Assembly: GCA_964013425.1 (NCBI GenBank)
Contig: CAXGWC010000006.1
Span: forward strand, 7,083-71,082
DNA length: 64,000 nt
Direction: 5' to 3'
Source of the DNA: an uncultured Candidatus Poseidoniales archaeon
Lineage (GTDB): Archaea > Thermoplasmatota > Poseidoniia > Poseidoniales > Thalassarchaeaceae
In this document: in pieces, positions 30,071-39,848 of the stretch
Layout of the letters: every line of letters starts with the position of its first letter
How positions within the stretch are numbered: position 1 is the stretch's first letter
Translations under genes and position numbers: made by a program
Notes under the pieces: model-generated
What the model saw: the letters and a program-made list of their open reading frames with translations, nothing else
What the model was told of the DNA's origin: nothing
Database searches by the model: none

Positions 30071-30876
30071 GACAACTCCTCCAATGACATTCGCAACTCT
30101 TCATCATTGGGTGCCTTACCATGAAATGATGGATTATTTTCCATAAATGATATTCCTTTTCCTTTGATTGTATGTGCTATAATTGCTGTTGGAGAAGTAA
30201 TATTTTTCGATGACCACTCTAATGCAGAAACTACCTCTTCCATCGAGTGACCATCAATTTCTCTGACATCCCAACCGAAAGATGAGAGTTTCTTCGCAAC
30301 ATCTCCCACTTCCATTTGAACCTCAACAAAATCATCATTCTGTATTCGGTTCCTATCGACAATTAGATTCAATCTTCCGACTGAGTGGAAGTCTGCGGCC
30401 ATCACGGCTTCCCAAAACTGCCCTTCCTGTATCTCCCCATCTCCGACCATGACCCAAATATCTCTATCACTGGAGTCCATCCTTGCTGCAAGAGCGCACC
30501 CAAGGCCAAAAGATAGCCCCATTCCTAAACTACCAGCAGAAAAATCAACTCCTTGAGTCCACTTCATATCTACATGTCCCTGACATACAGAGCCCATTTT
30601 TCTAAAAGACATCATATCTGCCTCAGAGATAAATCCAACTTCATGTAGGATGGAGTAAACAGCAGGGCTAGCATGGCCCTTGCTCATGACAAACCTATCC
30701 CTGTCTTCCCAATCAGGATTTTCTACATCAAATCGTAATTTATTTGCATACAGTGCTACCAAAATATCAATGGCAGAGAGCGATCCTCCGGGATGGCCTG
30801 CACCAGCAGAATGAATCATTCTGACTATGTGTCTCCTGCATTGACGGGCCAACTCCTCCAGCTGAATGTTGTCCAT
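30067..30876 (-). CDS. transketolase, N-terminal (TPP-binding) subunit
   Basis: AGAGHPGGSLS, SKGHASPAVY and VGDGEIQEGQFWEA. Start set at ATG 30876 (MDNIQLEEL), because the 30996 extension lacks homology features. Confidence 0.9.
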   Translation of the reverse strand: MDNIQLEELARQCRRHIVRMIHSAGAGHPGGSLSAIDILVALYANKLRFDVENPDWEDRDRFVMSKGHASPAVYSILHEVGFISEADMMSFRKMGSVCQGHVDMKWTQGVDFSAGSLGMGLSFGLGCALAARMDSSDRDIWVMVGDGEIQEGQFWEAVMAADFHSVGRLNLIVDRNRIQNDDFVEVQMEVGDVAKKLSSFGWDVREIDGHSMEEVVSALEWSSKNITSPTAIIAHTIKGKGISFMENNPSFHGKAPNDEELRMSLEELS

Positions 30877-31004
30877 CACTGAAGTTCGGGTAACGGAATT
30901 CACATGCCTGCTAGAAAATCTAACTAATGATGCTTTCCGGAGTCGTCGCTTCACGATGGCAGACGAATTCTTATGATGTCGATACCCGACCAACAATCGT
31001 TACT

Positions 31005-32219
31005 ATGACGCTCGACGCCGTAGCAGTTTCTAATTCGGACTGGAGAGCTGAGCTTTCAAGCATGGATATTCCATTAGCAGTTTCCACAGATAATGTAACT
31101 CTAGAGTGTCTCGAGACGCTTATTTCAACAGGCCGTTTAACCTTCGATCAGGGTGTAAGACTGATGGTTAACCCGAATCTCAACTCAGTAACCTCATTGG
31201 CTGATATGGTGAAGAAAGCTAGGTTTCAGGATTTTGTGTTTTTCAATGAGAATCTTCATGTTAACTCCACTAATGTATGTGTTTTGGCTTGTAGGTTTTG
31301 CGCATTCAGAAAGGGTCCAAGACATCCAGATGCATATTCGTTGAGCGTCAATGAGTATCTTGAGAGAGTCAGGCCCTACGCAACCAGGATAGATGAAGTT
31401 CACACAGTTGGCGGATTACATCCAACATGGACCGTTGCTGAATATTGTGAGCTGTTTTCAAATCTAAAGAATGAATTTCCACATATTCACATCAAAGCCC
31501 TAACTGCAGTCGAGATAAAGCATCTATCATCAAGGTCCTCTCTTTCCTTCTCTGAGACCCTATCTAGGCTTTCAGAGGCAGGTCTTAATTCACTACCGGG
31601 AGGAGGTGCAGAGATTCTTGTGGATAGTGTAAGAGATCGTATTTGTATGGGCAAGGAATCTTCAGATGAGTATCTGGAGATTCATGGGGTGGCCCATTCG
31701 TTAGGAATTCCTACCAACTGTACAATGCTGTTTGGTACTGTTGAATCTATAGAAGACAGAATCAACCATTTGTTGAGACTTAGAGAACAACAAGACGAAT
31801 CATTAGGCTTTCAGTGTTTTGTCCCTTATCCATTTTTGCCGGATAAGACAAGACTGCCCGAAGCACAGCTCGCCACTGGGCAGGAGATAATACGCATGAT
31901 TTCTGTCTCTAGGCTAATGCTGGACAATATACCACATATCAAGGCATATAGAATGAATATTGGCGATAAACTCGCCTCATATGCAATAAATTGTGGCGCA
32001 GACGATGTTGATGGAACAGTTGGTCATGAAGAAATAATGCATGAAGCCGGAAGTAAGACAAGCCTCACCACCAGCTCAGAACAATTAGCCAGAATGGTGG
32101 TCTCATCTGGTGCCATACCAGTAAAGAGAAACTCCACTTACTCACAATTTGAGATAGTCGATCCTCCGGAAGGAAAACCCTCCCATTTTCTCCCTGTCAT
32201 CACAGTCGAGGTTCCTTAA
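31005..32219 (+). CDS. radical SAM futalosine-pathway enzyme (aminodeoxyfutalosine synthase MqnE / MqnC family)
   Basis: Radical SAM cluster NVCVLACRFCAF with a C-terminal MqnE/MqnC/CofH-like TIM domain. Immediately upstream of mqnA. I cannot separate MqnE from MqnC by eye. Confidence 0.75.
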   Translation: MTLDAVAVSNSDWRAELSSMDIPLAVSTDNVTLECLETLISTGRLTFDQGVRLMVNPNLNSVTSLADMVKKARFQDFVFFNENLHVNSTNVCVLACRFCAFRKGPRHPDAYSLSVNEYLERVRPYATRIDEVHTVGGLHPTWTVAEYCELFSNLKNEFPHIHIKALTAVEIKHLSSRSSLSFSETLSRLSEAGLNSLPGGGAEILVDSVRDRICMGKESSDEYLEIHGVAHSLGIPTNCTMLFGTVESIEDRINHLLRLREQQDESLGFQCFVPYPFLPDKTRLPEAQLATGQEIIRMISVSRLMLDNIPHIKAYRMNIGDKLASYAINCGADDVDGTVGHEEIMHEAGSKTSLTTSSEQLARMVVSSGAIPVKRNSTYSQFEIVDPPEGKPSHFLPVITVEVP

Positions 32220-33023
32220 ATGAGTTGGAAGGACGTAATTGGCAGGGTATCTTTTTCTAACTGCGACCCTATTTTTGATGGAATTAGCCCTAAATGGACG
32301 ATCCTCTCAGCGCCACCAGCCTGGTTAACTGGCCATGTGATGAGAAGGGACTGTATCGCAGCCCCTATCCCATCTGCAGATTATGCTTCTAATAGTGGAA
32401 AACTAATGTTACTTCCGGATATAGGCATAGTCAGTAATGGCGAGGTTGGCTCTGTACTGCTTTTCGGCAATCGTCCGATAGAAAATATGAGGGATATTGC
32501 CCTACCAACTGACTCTTCAACCTCCAAGGTATTACTAAGTTGGATTATCAAGAACCGTGGTCTAGATCCGAAATTCATCGAGACTGGACCGGATATAAAT
32601 ATCATGTTAGAAAAATGCGATGGGGCTCTTCTTATTGGCGATAGAGCGATTTTAGCATCTATTTCCCATCCAGAATTAGTGAAAATGGATTTAGGAGCCG
32701 AATGGACTAGAATTACAGGTCTACCAATGGTCTTTGGAGTGTTTGTAGCTAGAAGGGACTCCCCAGAAGATACTTTGAGGGAAGCGCATTCTGAAATGAT
32801 TAAGCAAGTAGAGCTCTTTGAAAACGATCCAAAATGGAGAGCTTCTGTTATATCCCGAACATCTAAAAAACTTGGATTTCCAGAAAGAAGGGTTGAAGAT
32901 TATTTTAGAGAGGAGGTAAGGAATAGAATGTCCCAAGATGATATTGACGGCCTCCTTTTATTCTTAAAAGAGGCATGTGGGATGTCTGAGCCCCCTGTCT
33001 GGCTCGAACCTCAATCTGAATAA
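32220..33023 (+). CDS. mqnA: chorismate dehydratase MqnA
   Basis: PBP-fold MqnA/MqnD family with GALLIGDRAI and LPMVFGVFVARRD, typical of MqnA. Confidence 0.75.
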   Translation: MSWKDVIGRVSFSNCDPIFDGISPKWTILSAPPAWLTGHVMRRDCIAAPIPSADYASNSGKLMLLPDIGIVSNGEVGSVLLFGNRPIENMRDIALPTDSSTSKVLLSWIIKNRGLDPKFIETGPDINIMLEKCDGALLIGDRAILASISHPELVKMDLGAEWTRITGLPMVFGVFVARRDSPEDTLREAHSEMIKQVELFENDPKWRASVISRTSKKLGFPERRVEDYFREEVRNRMSQDDIDGLLLFLKEACGMSEPPVWLEPQSE

Positions 33024-33490
33024 TTCAGCTTTCTGCTGGAAACCCATTCTAGTAGGTCTAGTGCTACTTCGCACGACTCTGCGACGACGATATCTTTGTC
33101 ATCCTTGAATCTCTCTAAAACGCTCAAAGCTGTCCTATCGCCTATCGCCCCCAGAGCCTCCGCTGCCTCGTGTCTGACCATTACATCCTCTCCATAATCT
33201 TCCAGCCTATCAATTAAGTAAGGTACCGCTGCTGAATCTTGCATTTGGCCCATTACATATGCTATTTCATGTTTCAAAAGGGCCGATGATGATGAAAAGG
33301 CGGCCGCCAGAGCATCTACTGAATCATTTCCACCGATATTTCTGAGTGCAAACAGAGCCCTCATTCTCTGAAACATCTTTTCTTCTTCATCACATAAAGT
33401 TGCCCGAAGTCTAGAGACGTCATTAACAGTACTTGGTGGGGCGGGATCTACAGAATCAAATTCACTTACTTCAGGTCTCTTTTCATTCAT
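33011..33490 (-). CDS. half-length deoxyhypusine hydroxylase (DOHH/Lia1)-like HEAT-repeat di-iron protein
   Basis: SVDPAPP, FQRMRALFALRNIGG, SALLKHEIAYVMGQMQ, VMVRHEAAEALGAIG and VVAESCEVALDLLEW match the C-terminal half of eukaryotic DOHH from memory, including both HE motifs. Only 159 aa. Confidence 0.7.
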   Translation of the reverse strand: MNEKRPEVSEFDSVDPAPPSTVNDVSRLRATLCDEEEKMFQRMRALFALRNIGGNDSVDALAAAFSSSSALLKHEIAYVMGQMQDSAAVPYLIDRLEDYGEDVMVRHEAAEALGAIGDRTALSVLERFKDDKDIVVAESCEVALDLLEWVSSRKLNYSD

Positions 33491-33492
33491 GT

Positions 33493-34362
33493 TTATTCAC
33501 CCGAACCAACGAAAACAATTGAATCTACATCCAAATTAGATCTGACCATACCTATTTCTTGACCCTTTCTGAGGAATAATCGTATAGCTTCTCTACCGTC
33601 GTCTCCATAGTCAAGGGTCCGTTTATTCACATACATACCGACGAATTCCTCGTTTGTTTCATCATCTATCCCTCTTCCCCATTCCTTGGCAAATTCCAAT
33701 GCATCTTCAGGGTTTGAGAGTGAGTGCTCAATGCTATTTCTTACATCTTCTGTAATTTTCCCACACATTTCCAATCCTAGATCTTTCCTCACCACATTGC
33801 CTCCCAAAGGTAGAGGAAGACCAGTCTTCTCATTCCACCAAATTCCCAGATCGAGAACAAGATTGACCCCCTCATTCTTCCAAGTTAGCTGTCCTTCATG
33901 AATAATGACTCCAACGTCGTACTCGCCACTCTTAACTGACGGCATAATTTCATCAAATGGCACCACCTTGTAGTCAACATCCCCTAGGGCTAACCTTAGT
34001 GATAGGTAGGCGCTAGTTCCAACACCAGGAATAGCGAAAACCTTGTTTTTTGCTTCTTCTACAGTCATTTTTTCTTTAGAAATTATCATTGGTCCGTATC
34101 CCTCTCCCATGGAAGCTCCACAGTTCATTAAATGATACTTATCAGAAATGTTGGGGAAAGAGTGTATGCTGACTGCAGAAACCTCGTAGTCACCATTAAT
34201 TGCATGCTGATTCAAAGTCTCTATATCCAACAGAACGTGTTCATATTTCCTATCATCAGTGTCTATGGCGCCTGTTGTCATTGCATGGAACATGAATGCG
34301 TCATCTGGGTCGGGAGAGTGTCCAACTCTGTACACTGTCTCATCGCTCATGTACAGCCGCAT
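33493..34362 (-). CDS. mqnD: 1,4-dihydroxy-6-naphthoate synthase MqnD
   Basis: VGHSPDPDDAFMFHAM, DVGVIIHEGQLT and DLGIWWNEKTGLPLPLGGNVVRKDLG match MqnD. The ORF is open to 34545, but homolog-like starts are at 34362 or 34392. Confidence 0.78.
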   Translation of the reverse strand: MRLYMSDETVYRVGHSPDPDDAFMFHAMTTGAIDTDDRKYEHVLLDIETLNQHAINGDYEVSAVSIHSFPNISDKYHLMNCGASMGEGYGPMIISKEKMTVEEAKNKVFAIPGVGTSAYLSLRLALGDVDYKVVPFDEIMPSVKSGEYDVGVIIHEGQLTWKNEGVNLVLDLGIWWNEKTGLPLPLGGNVVRKDLGLEMCGKITEDVRNSIEHSLSNPEDALEFAKEWGRGIDDETNEEFVGMYVNKRTLDYGDDGREAIRLFLRKGQEIGMVRSNLDVDSIVFVGSGE

Positions 34363-34673
34363 GCAAGGCGATTCAAAATTCCTCCGTGTCATAACTCTCT
34401 GTAGTAAGAGTGAATAATCGCTACCCTGACGAATGGTCATGCCAGACCCCGACAAGCTATCCACGGCCACAGGACAGCTCGGTCCTATCTGCTCCGTCAC
34501 AGGTAAGCCGATTACATTCTCAGAAGCTATAGTTGTAGACGACAAATACGTATGCTACGAGGCATACGTGGAACTAATGGGCCAGGGCTCCGCTACTGAT
34601 TCTCGAGAAGTCCCATCCAAGCTACCGTTGGAATGATGGGCACCTTCATGAAGGACTGTCTCCCCTAGGTAAC

Positions 34674-35846
34674 GTGGCCATCGGTTGGAGCAGGTACGCA
34701 CTTAGATTTGGGGACTACTATCGTTCCTTGTCTACTGACGATTTGTGGACGCCCCCAAGACTCCGCTCAAGGGAGTGGATGTTCATTCCCTGGGGTTCTA
34801 AACCCCCCGACAGACACCGAGCCCTACCCACAAAGATAGATTTACTGAAGTATTTACAGACAAGATCCCCACATTCATGTTTTCATAGTACAGCATACTA
34901 CAATGACCCCAGCCAGAGAAAAATGGCTGAGAAGGGCTGGTTAGGTGCAGATTTAATCTTCGATCTCGATGGAGATCATCTTCCGGGTGTTTCAGATAAT
35001 GACTTCCCAGGAATGATGGAGAAAATTCAGGAACAGGCATGGAGTCTTTGGTCAGACTTCCTTCATCCAGAGTTTGGATTTGACGAGAAATATGTACAGA
35101 CAACCTTCTCAGGTCATAGAGGATTCCATATTCATGTCAGGGACCCATCTCTGATGCATCTTGATTCAAATGCTAGGAGGGAGCTGGTAAACTACATTAC
35201 TGGCGTCGGTATTGATATTCAATCTGTAATGTCAGGGCCTAAAATCGGATGGTCTGAAAGGATTGATCTGGGATTCGACCATATAGTTGGAACACTAGCT
35301 GATATTTCATCAGGGGAAAATTCTGCAGAATCCATAAATCGGTTATATTCAAGTCTCAAATCAAGGGACTTCTCATGTTCCAAGGAACAAATCAAGAAAT
35401 TGGCCTCTGAATCTATTTCCGGAGGAAGAATAGAAAGATTGAGGGAAAATAACAGTAGGCCCGTTTTCACGACTAAGAAACTCAATGAGGCATTTTGGGA
35501 ATTGGTCAAGGGAGCTCCATTAGCCGTCGGTGAGACCGATGAAAATGTGACAGTAGATGTCAAGAGAGTTATCAGATGGGTTGGTAGCCTACATGGAAAA
35601 TCAGGACTCAGAGTTACAGAGTTCCCACTTTCTAGATTGGAGCCGGGAAGAAATAACTCATTCGATGCTATGGCAGAGTCTTCTGTTTTCAGTACCCAGA
35701 ATAGTTGTAAAGTAGAATTAATTGTCGATGATGTGACAACTAGGATATCCGGCCAGGAAGTTTCAGGATCTTCGGGCGACGTGTTCGAAGTTCATGAGTC
35801 CATGGCGACTTTTCTGGGGCTCAAAGGCTGGGCAATCATGCACTAA
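34674..35846 (+). CDS. priS: DNA primase small (catalytic) subunit PriS
   Basis: Catalytic DLIFDLDGDH and FSGHRGFHIHV motifs. GTG start. Confidence 0.88.
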   Translation: MAIGWSRYALRFGDYYRSLSTDDLWTPPRLRSREWMFIPWGSKPPDRHRALPTKIDLLKYLQTRSPHSCFHSTAYYNDPSQRKMAEKGWLGADLIFDLDGDHLPGVSDNDFPGMMEKIQEQAWSLWSDFLHPEFGFDEKYVQTTFSGHRGFHIHVRDPSLMHLDSNARRELVNYITGVGIDIQSVMSGPKIGWSERIDLGFDHIVGTLADISSGENSAESINRLYSSLKSRDFSCSKEQIKKLASESISGGRIERLRENNSRPVFTTKKLNEAFWELVKGAPLAVGETDENVTVDVKRVIRWVGSLHGKSGLRVTEFPLSRLEPGRNNSFDAMAESSVFSTQNSCKVELIVDDVTTRISGQEVSGSSGDVFEVHESMATFLGLKGWAIMH

Positions 35847-35876
35847 TGCAGGCACTTAAGCATACTTAATCACAGA

Positions 35877-36674
35877 ATGTTGAATAGTGTAGAGTCCCGG
35901 AAATCAACTGAGACGAGTATGCCGGACGATGAAGAATCTTTGGTAGGGCCCAATGGAATGCCCTTGCCACCACCCCCGCCAGGACTCAATTTACCCCCTC
36001 CCCCTCCCATTCCAGTACCTCCACCACCACCCGTCGAACCCAATGAAAACCCTAAATCTGAAAATGATTCGGAAGATATTGAAAATCCTTCTGAAGAAGA
36101 GGCAAAGAATGATTTTCAAAGCCACTGGGAGAAGAGGAAATCTGACAGGGATCCCCCAACAATAGAGAGTAGGGATAGCATGTATGGACACATAGACAGA
36201 ATCTCGTCTGGACAGGTGGGTTCCCTGATGGATAGGTTCTCTGATCGATTTGGCTCAGAACTAGATAGGGAGATTATTGTACTCAGAAAAAAGCAACAAC
36301 AAGACCTACTCGCAATTAAGCCAACCGTAGAGCTAATTTCCTCTCCTGATGATGATCATGAACAAGAATCAGGAGACCAGGTTAAAGAAATTGAAGAGGA
36401 CTCGGCAGATTTATTCCCACAGTTCTTCGAAATCGTGAACAATCTCCTCGGTGATATGGATGAGGATTTCATTAACTCATTTGTCTCCTCAGACGACTTC
36501 CCCCTCTTCCAAGAGGTCGGCGAGGATCCAACCGAATGCGATGATGAGACAAAGTCAGAGTTTTTCTCTATGATAAATAGAGTACTGGGAGAGCTCCCAG
36601 AGGAAAAGATCGGAGATTTCGTCGCTTCACCTGGTTTTGCAATCTATCAAGAGATGGGCGAGATTTATTCATGA
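35877..36674 (+). CDS. hypothetical polyproline/acidic protein with duplicated C-terminal motif
   Basis: PLPPPPPGLNLPPPPPIPVPPPPPVEP tract, a very acidic remainder, and two copies of FFxxxNxxLGxxxExxIxxFVxSxxFxxxQExGE. Confidence 0.6.
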   Translation: MLNSVESRKSTETSMPDDEESLVGPNGMPLPPPPPGLNLPPPPPIPVPPPPPVEPNENPKSENDSEDIENPSEEEAKNDFQSHWEKRKSDRDPPTIESRDSMYGHIDRISSGQVGSLMDRFSDRFGSELDREIIVLRKKQQQDLLAIKPTVELISSPDDDHEQESGDQVKEIEEDSADLFPQFFEIVNNLLGDMDEDFINSFVSSDDFPLFQEVGEDPTECDDETKSEFFSMINRVLGELPEEKIGDFVASPGFAIYQEMGEIYS

Positions 36675-36697
36675 AATTAAATAATTGAGGTGCGAAA

Positions 36698-37531
36698 ATG
36701 GGGTTATTGGAGAAAGCAGGAAAGATTTCAGAAGAAGACAAGAAGGATGAAGTAGTCACAAAGCCCACTCCCGTTAAGGCTGAACCAGCGCCCGTAGCTT
36801 CTAAGTCAAGACGTGCTAAGAAGAAGGAAGCCAAAGCGGCCGCCAAGAAGAAGAAAGAGCCTCGGAAGCCCAGGGCACCTAGAGAGAAGAGGCCCAAATC
36901 TCCGCCAAAAGTCATACCTGAAGGTTATGATGAAGTGGGAAGCGCCAGAGCAACTCTAAGACTATTCGTTGATTTCGCTGTAAATTTTGGTTTCATTATT
37001 GCGATATTTGTTGCGTTTGCAATCCTCGAAACCCCTACTACGTTAGCTCTGATCGTTTCTATTCTGCTATCAATATTCAACATGGTCGTAATGCCCATAA
37101 GGTTCAACCGATCCATGGGTAATGTAATTTCACGTACACAATTCATCAATTCAAGGGGAGACAATGCTACTTTCATATATCACTCACTCAAGAATACAAC
37201 TATAGCGTCTTATTTCATATTCCTCCTTGGCGTATTTTTCGGCATTTCCATGCTAGGAGAAAGCTCCGGCATAGAGGGCGGGGATTTCGTGAACGCCTTT
37301 ATCGCAATCTGCCTTTCGACTATATTGATCCCTCTGTTGGACTACATTTTCAGAAGGACTAGAGCGGATTCCCTGGGCCTATGGGAAGTTGCCTTTGGAG
37401 GCATCTGGTTGGTGAAGGCTGCCTCGACTTCGGATTCAGATTCCAAATCAAGATTCATGCAGAGGCTTGAATCAATGGCTGAATATGCAGAGTCCCGTGT
37501 CGATCTTGATGATGAATCGCAAAAGAGTTGA
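36698..37531 (+). CDS. hypothetical membrane protein with Lys/Pro-rich basic N-terminus (RDD-like membrane domain)
   Basis: N-terminus SKSRRAKKKEAKAAAKKKKEPRKPRAPREKRPKSPPK, followed by 3-4 TM helices. Confidence 0.6.
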   Translation: MGLLEKAGKISEEDKKDEVVTKPTPVKAEPAPVASKSRRAKKKEAKAAAKKKKEPRKPRAPREKRPKSPPKVIPEGYDEVGSARATLRLFVDFAVNFGFIIAIFVAFAILETPTTLALIVSILLSIFNMVVMPIRFNRSMGNVISRTQFINSRGDNATFIYHSLKNTTIASYFIFLLGVFFGISMLGESSGIEGGDFVNAFIAICLSTILIPLLDYIFRRTRADSLGLWEVAFGGIWLVKAASTSDSDSKSRFMQRLESMAEYAESRVDLDDESQKS

Positions 37532-37535
37532 TGAG

Positions 37536-39737
37536 TTACCTAACCCTTGAACCAGAGCCGATGTCGCCTTTAGTAGTCAAGATGCTGACATTCCCTTCTC
37601 CATCATCTGCGGCTAATAACATTCCTTCGGATAACACTCCTCTAAGTTTCCTTGGCTTCAGATTAGCTACAAATACAACATTCAAACCTTCTAAATCCGT
37701 TGGATCATAATATTCCTTGAGGCCTGCACAAACTGTCCTAGTTGAATCTGGACCATCCTGAATAGTTACTACGTACAGCTTATCGGCATTAGGATGTTCA
37801 TCAACAGATATGACTTTCCCAGTCAGCATCTCGACCTTCATGAAATCTTCAAAATCTATGTAATCAGCTCCATCCTCACCACCCTCGACGGGGTCCTCAT
37901 TAATATTATTGGCCAATGATTTTTCGTGGGTTAGAATTTCATCAAGGTCTAGTCTTGTAAATAGAGGCTCAGGCGAAATCCCGCTCCACCCAAGGTCCAT
38001 CGAGTAATCTGTAGAATTATCCCATAATTGACTGTCCAGGTCCGTTTTTTCTCCAAGCATTTCCCACAGCCTCTCTGATTGAAAAGGCATGAACGGCCTT
38101 GTACAGATTGCCAATGTTCTGCAGAGTCTCCATGAGAGGGCTAATCCAGAAAGAGAATCCTCTTTCTCTGATGATTCTTCAGATTTTAGGTACTTCCACG
38201 GTGCACATCTCTGCAGCAGCTGATTCCCGATTTGTGCTATTGACATAATTGACCTCAAAGCTTCCTTGAACCTCTGCCTCTCCATTGAATCCATCGCTGA
38301 ATGCATGAGATCATTGCACTGTGAGATAATTTCTGTGTGTCTTTCGATATCGTCATATCTCAGTAACGGATTACCTTGGTCTGTCGCTAACCTATTTGTC
38401 AATGTCATCACCCTATGCACAAAGTTTCCATAAGTTCCGATTAGCTCGTTATTCACCCTGTCAACGAATTCTTCCCATCTGAAATCAGTATCATGTATCT
38501 CTGGCATATTGATTGATAAGTAATATCTCAGACAGTCAGCATCATATCTCTCCAGGAAGGATGGCAGCCAAACTGCGTGTTTTCTGCTCTTACTGAATTG
38601 TCCTCCCTGCAACATGAGGTATTCATTAGATGAAACATTTGTTGCCATTACCAAATCCCCTTCAAATGCCTCATTGGTTATCTTTCGATTGTTGGCTGAT
38701 GAATTAATGCCCATAATGAGTGCCGGCCAAATAATTGTATGGAAGGGGATATTGTCCTTGCCCATGAAGTAAATGTGCTTTGGTGCCTCACCGCTAGGGC
38801 TCTTCTTCCACCATTTTTCCCACGCTGAGTCACCATCAGGATGATTATTTGCGGCTGCATACCTTTCGGACCAGATTCTTGCACAGGAATAGTATCCCTG
38901 AACAGCCTCAAACCACACATAAATACTCTTTGAAGACCACTCATCTCCCGATAGAGGAATATCTATTCCCCATTCTATATCCCTTGTTACTGCTCTCGGT
39001 CTAAGGCCCATATTTAGCCAATTCTTCGTCATTGACCTAACATTAGGCTTCCAAACAGAATGTCGACTAGATGCGTACTTTTCGAGGCTTTCTTGAAACA
39101 TATCTAATCTGAAGAAGAAATGATCGGTATCCCTGACCTCTACCTCTGCTGTCGGATCTAATTTGGATATTGGATTGAGCAACTCATGTGCTTCATATGT
39201 TGAGCCACACTCATCACATTGGTCGCCACGTGCTTCATTTTCTCCGCAAACCGGACAGGTCCCTTCTACGTATCTATCAGGAAGAAATCTAACCTTATCC
39301 TTTGCAACTGAACAATATTGTTTCATTGTCTGCTTCTGTAACATTCCCGAATCCAACAATTGGGTAAAAACATCGCAGACCAACTCCTTATGTCTTGAAT
39401 CTGAGGTTCTGTTGTATAATGCTCCTCCATATTCTATGCCTCTTGAATCAATATTCTGAGACCAGGCGCAACCAAGCTTAGTAAGAGAGTCCAGAGCCAG
39501 ATCATGATATTTGTTTACAATCTCCTGTGGTGAAACGCCCTGTTGCTCAGCCGTGATTGTAATTGGAGTTCCATGTTCATCAGAACCACTGCACATCAGA
39601 ACCCTTCTCCCCCTAGCTCTTTCATACCTATATTGAATGTCTGCGGGAAGGCAATTTCCAGCTACATGACCTAGGTGTAGTGGTGCATTTACATATGGCC
39701 AAGCCATGAAAATCGTGACATATTCCGGCTCCGGCAC
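37536..39737 (-). CDS. metG: methionyl-tRNA synthetase with C-terminal tRNA-binding (Trbp111/EMAP-like) domain
   Basis: HLGH (PLHLGHVAGN), zinc knuckles CPVCG...CDECG, KFSKSR (KMSKS), C-terminal GKVISVDEHPNADKLYV. Confidence 0.95.
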   Translation of the reverse strand: MPEPEYVTIFMAWPYVNAPLHLGHVAGNCLPADIQYRYERARGRRVLMCSGSDEHGTPITITAEQQGVSPQEIVNKYHDLALDSLTKLGCAWSQNIDSRGIEYGGALYNRTSDSRHKELVCDVFTQLLDSGMLQKQTMKQYCSVAKDKVRFLPDRYVEGTCPVCGENEARGDQCDECGSTYEAHELLNPISKLDPTAEVEVRDTDHFFFRLDMFQESLEKYASSRHSVWKPNVRSMTKNWLNMGLRPRAVTRDIEWGIDIPLSGDEWSSKSIYVWFEAVQGYYSCARIWSERYAAANNHPDGDSAWEKWWKKSPSGEAPKHIYFMGKDNIPFHTIIWPALIMGINSSANNRKITNEAFEGDLVMATNVSSNEYLMLQGGQFSKSRKHAVWLPSFLERYDADCLRYYLSINMPEIHDTDFRWEEFVDRVNNELIGTYGNFVHRVMTLTNRLATDQGNPLLRYDDIERHTEIISQCNDLMHSAMDSMERQRFKEALRSIMSIAQIGNQLLQRCAPWKYLKSEESSEKEDSLSGLALSWRLCRTLAICTRPFMPFQSERLWEMLGEKTDLDSQLWDNSTDYSMDLGWSGISPEPLFTRLDLDEILTHEKSLANNINEDPVEGGEDGADYIDFEDFMKVEMLTGKVISVDEHPNADKLYVVTIQDGPDSTRTVCAGLKEYYDPTDLEGLNVVFVANLKPRKLRGVLSEGMLLAADDGEGNVSILTTKGDIGSGSRVR

Positions 39738-39848
39738 ATGGTTAGCGGTCAGTCACCTATTTATGTCGCAATCGGTCGTAAGCCAATTAGGAGCACCCAA
39801 TCGTGTCACGCACATGTGTAATTTTCGCTCAAAAGTGAGGAAAGATAG

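Noticed and set aside
34433-34636. 67-aa + strand ORF upstream of priS (…ICSVTGKPITFSEAIVVDDKYVCYEAY…)
   Set aside because: Unresolved rather than disproved. It overlaps the long version of the mqnD ORF and has only two Cys in a weak TRASH/YHS-like pattern. With mqnD starting at 34362 it could be a real small gene, but I have no independent support.
35953-36165. Alternative-frame ORFs (35953-36165 +, 35991-36191 -) within the polyproline region
   Set aside because: These are a by-product of the CCN/GGN-rich repeat. The main frame extends 265 aa with a structured, duplicated C-terminal motif.
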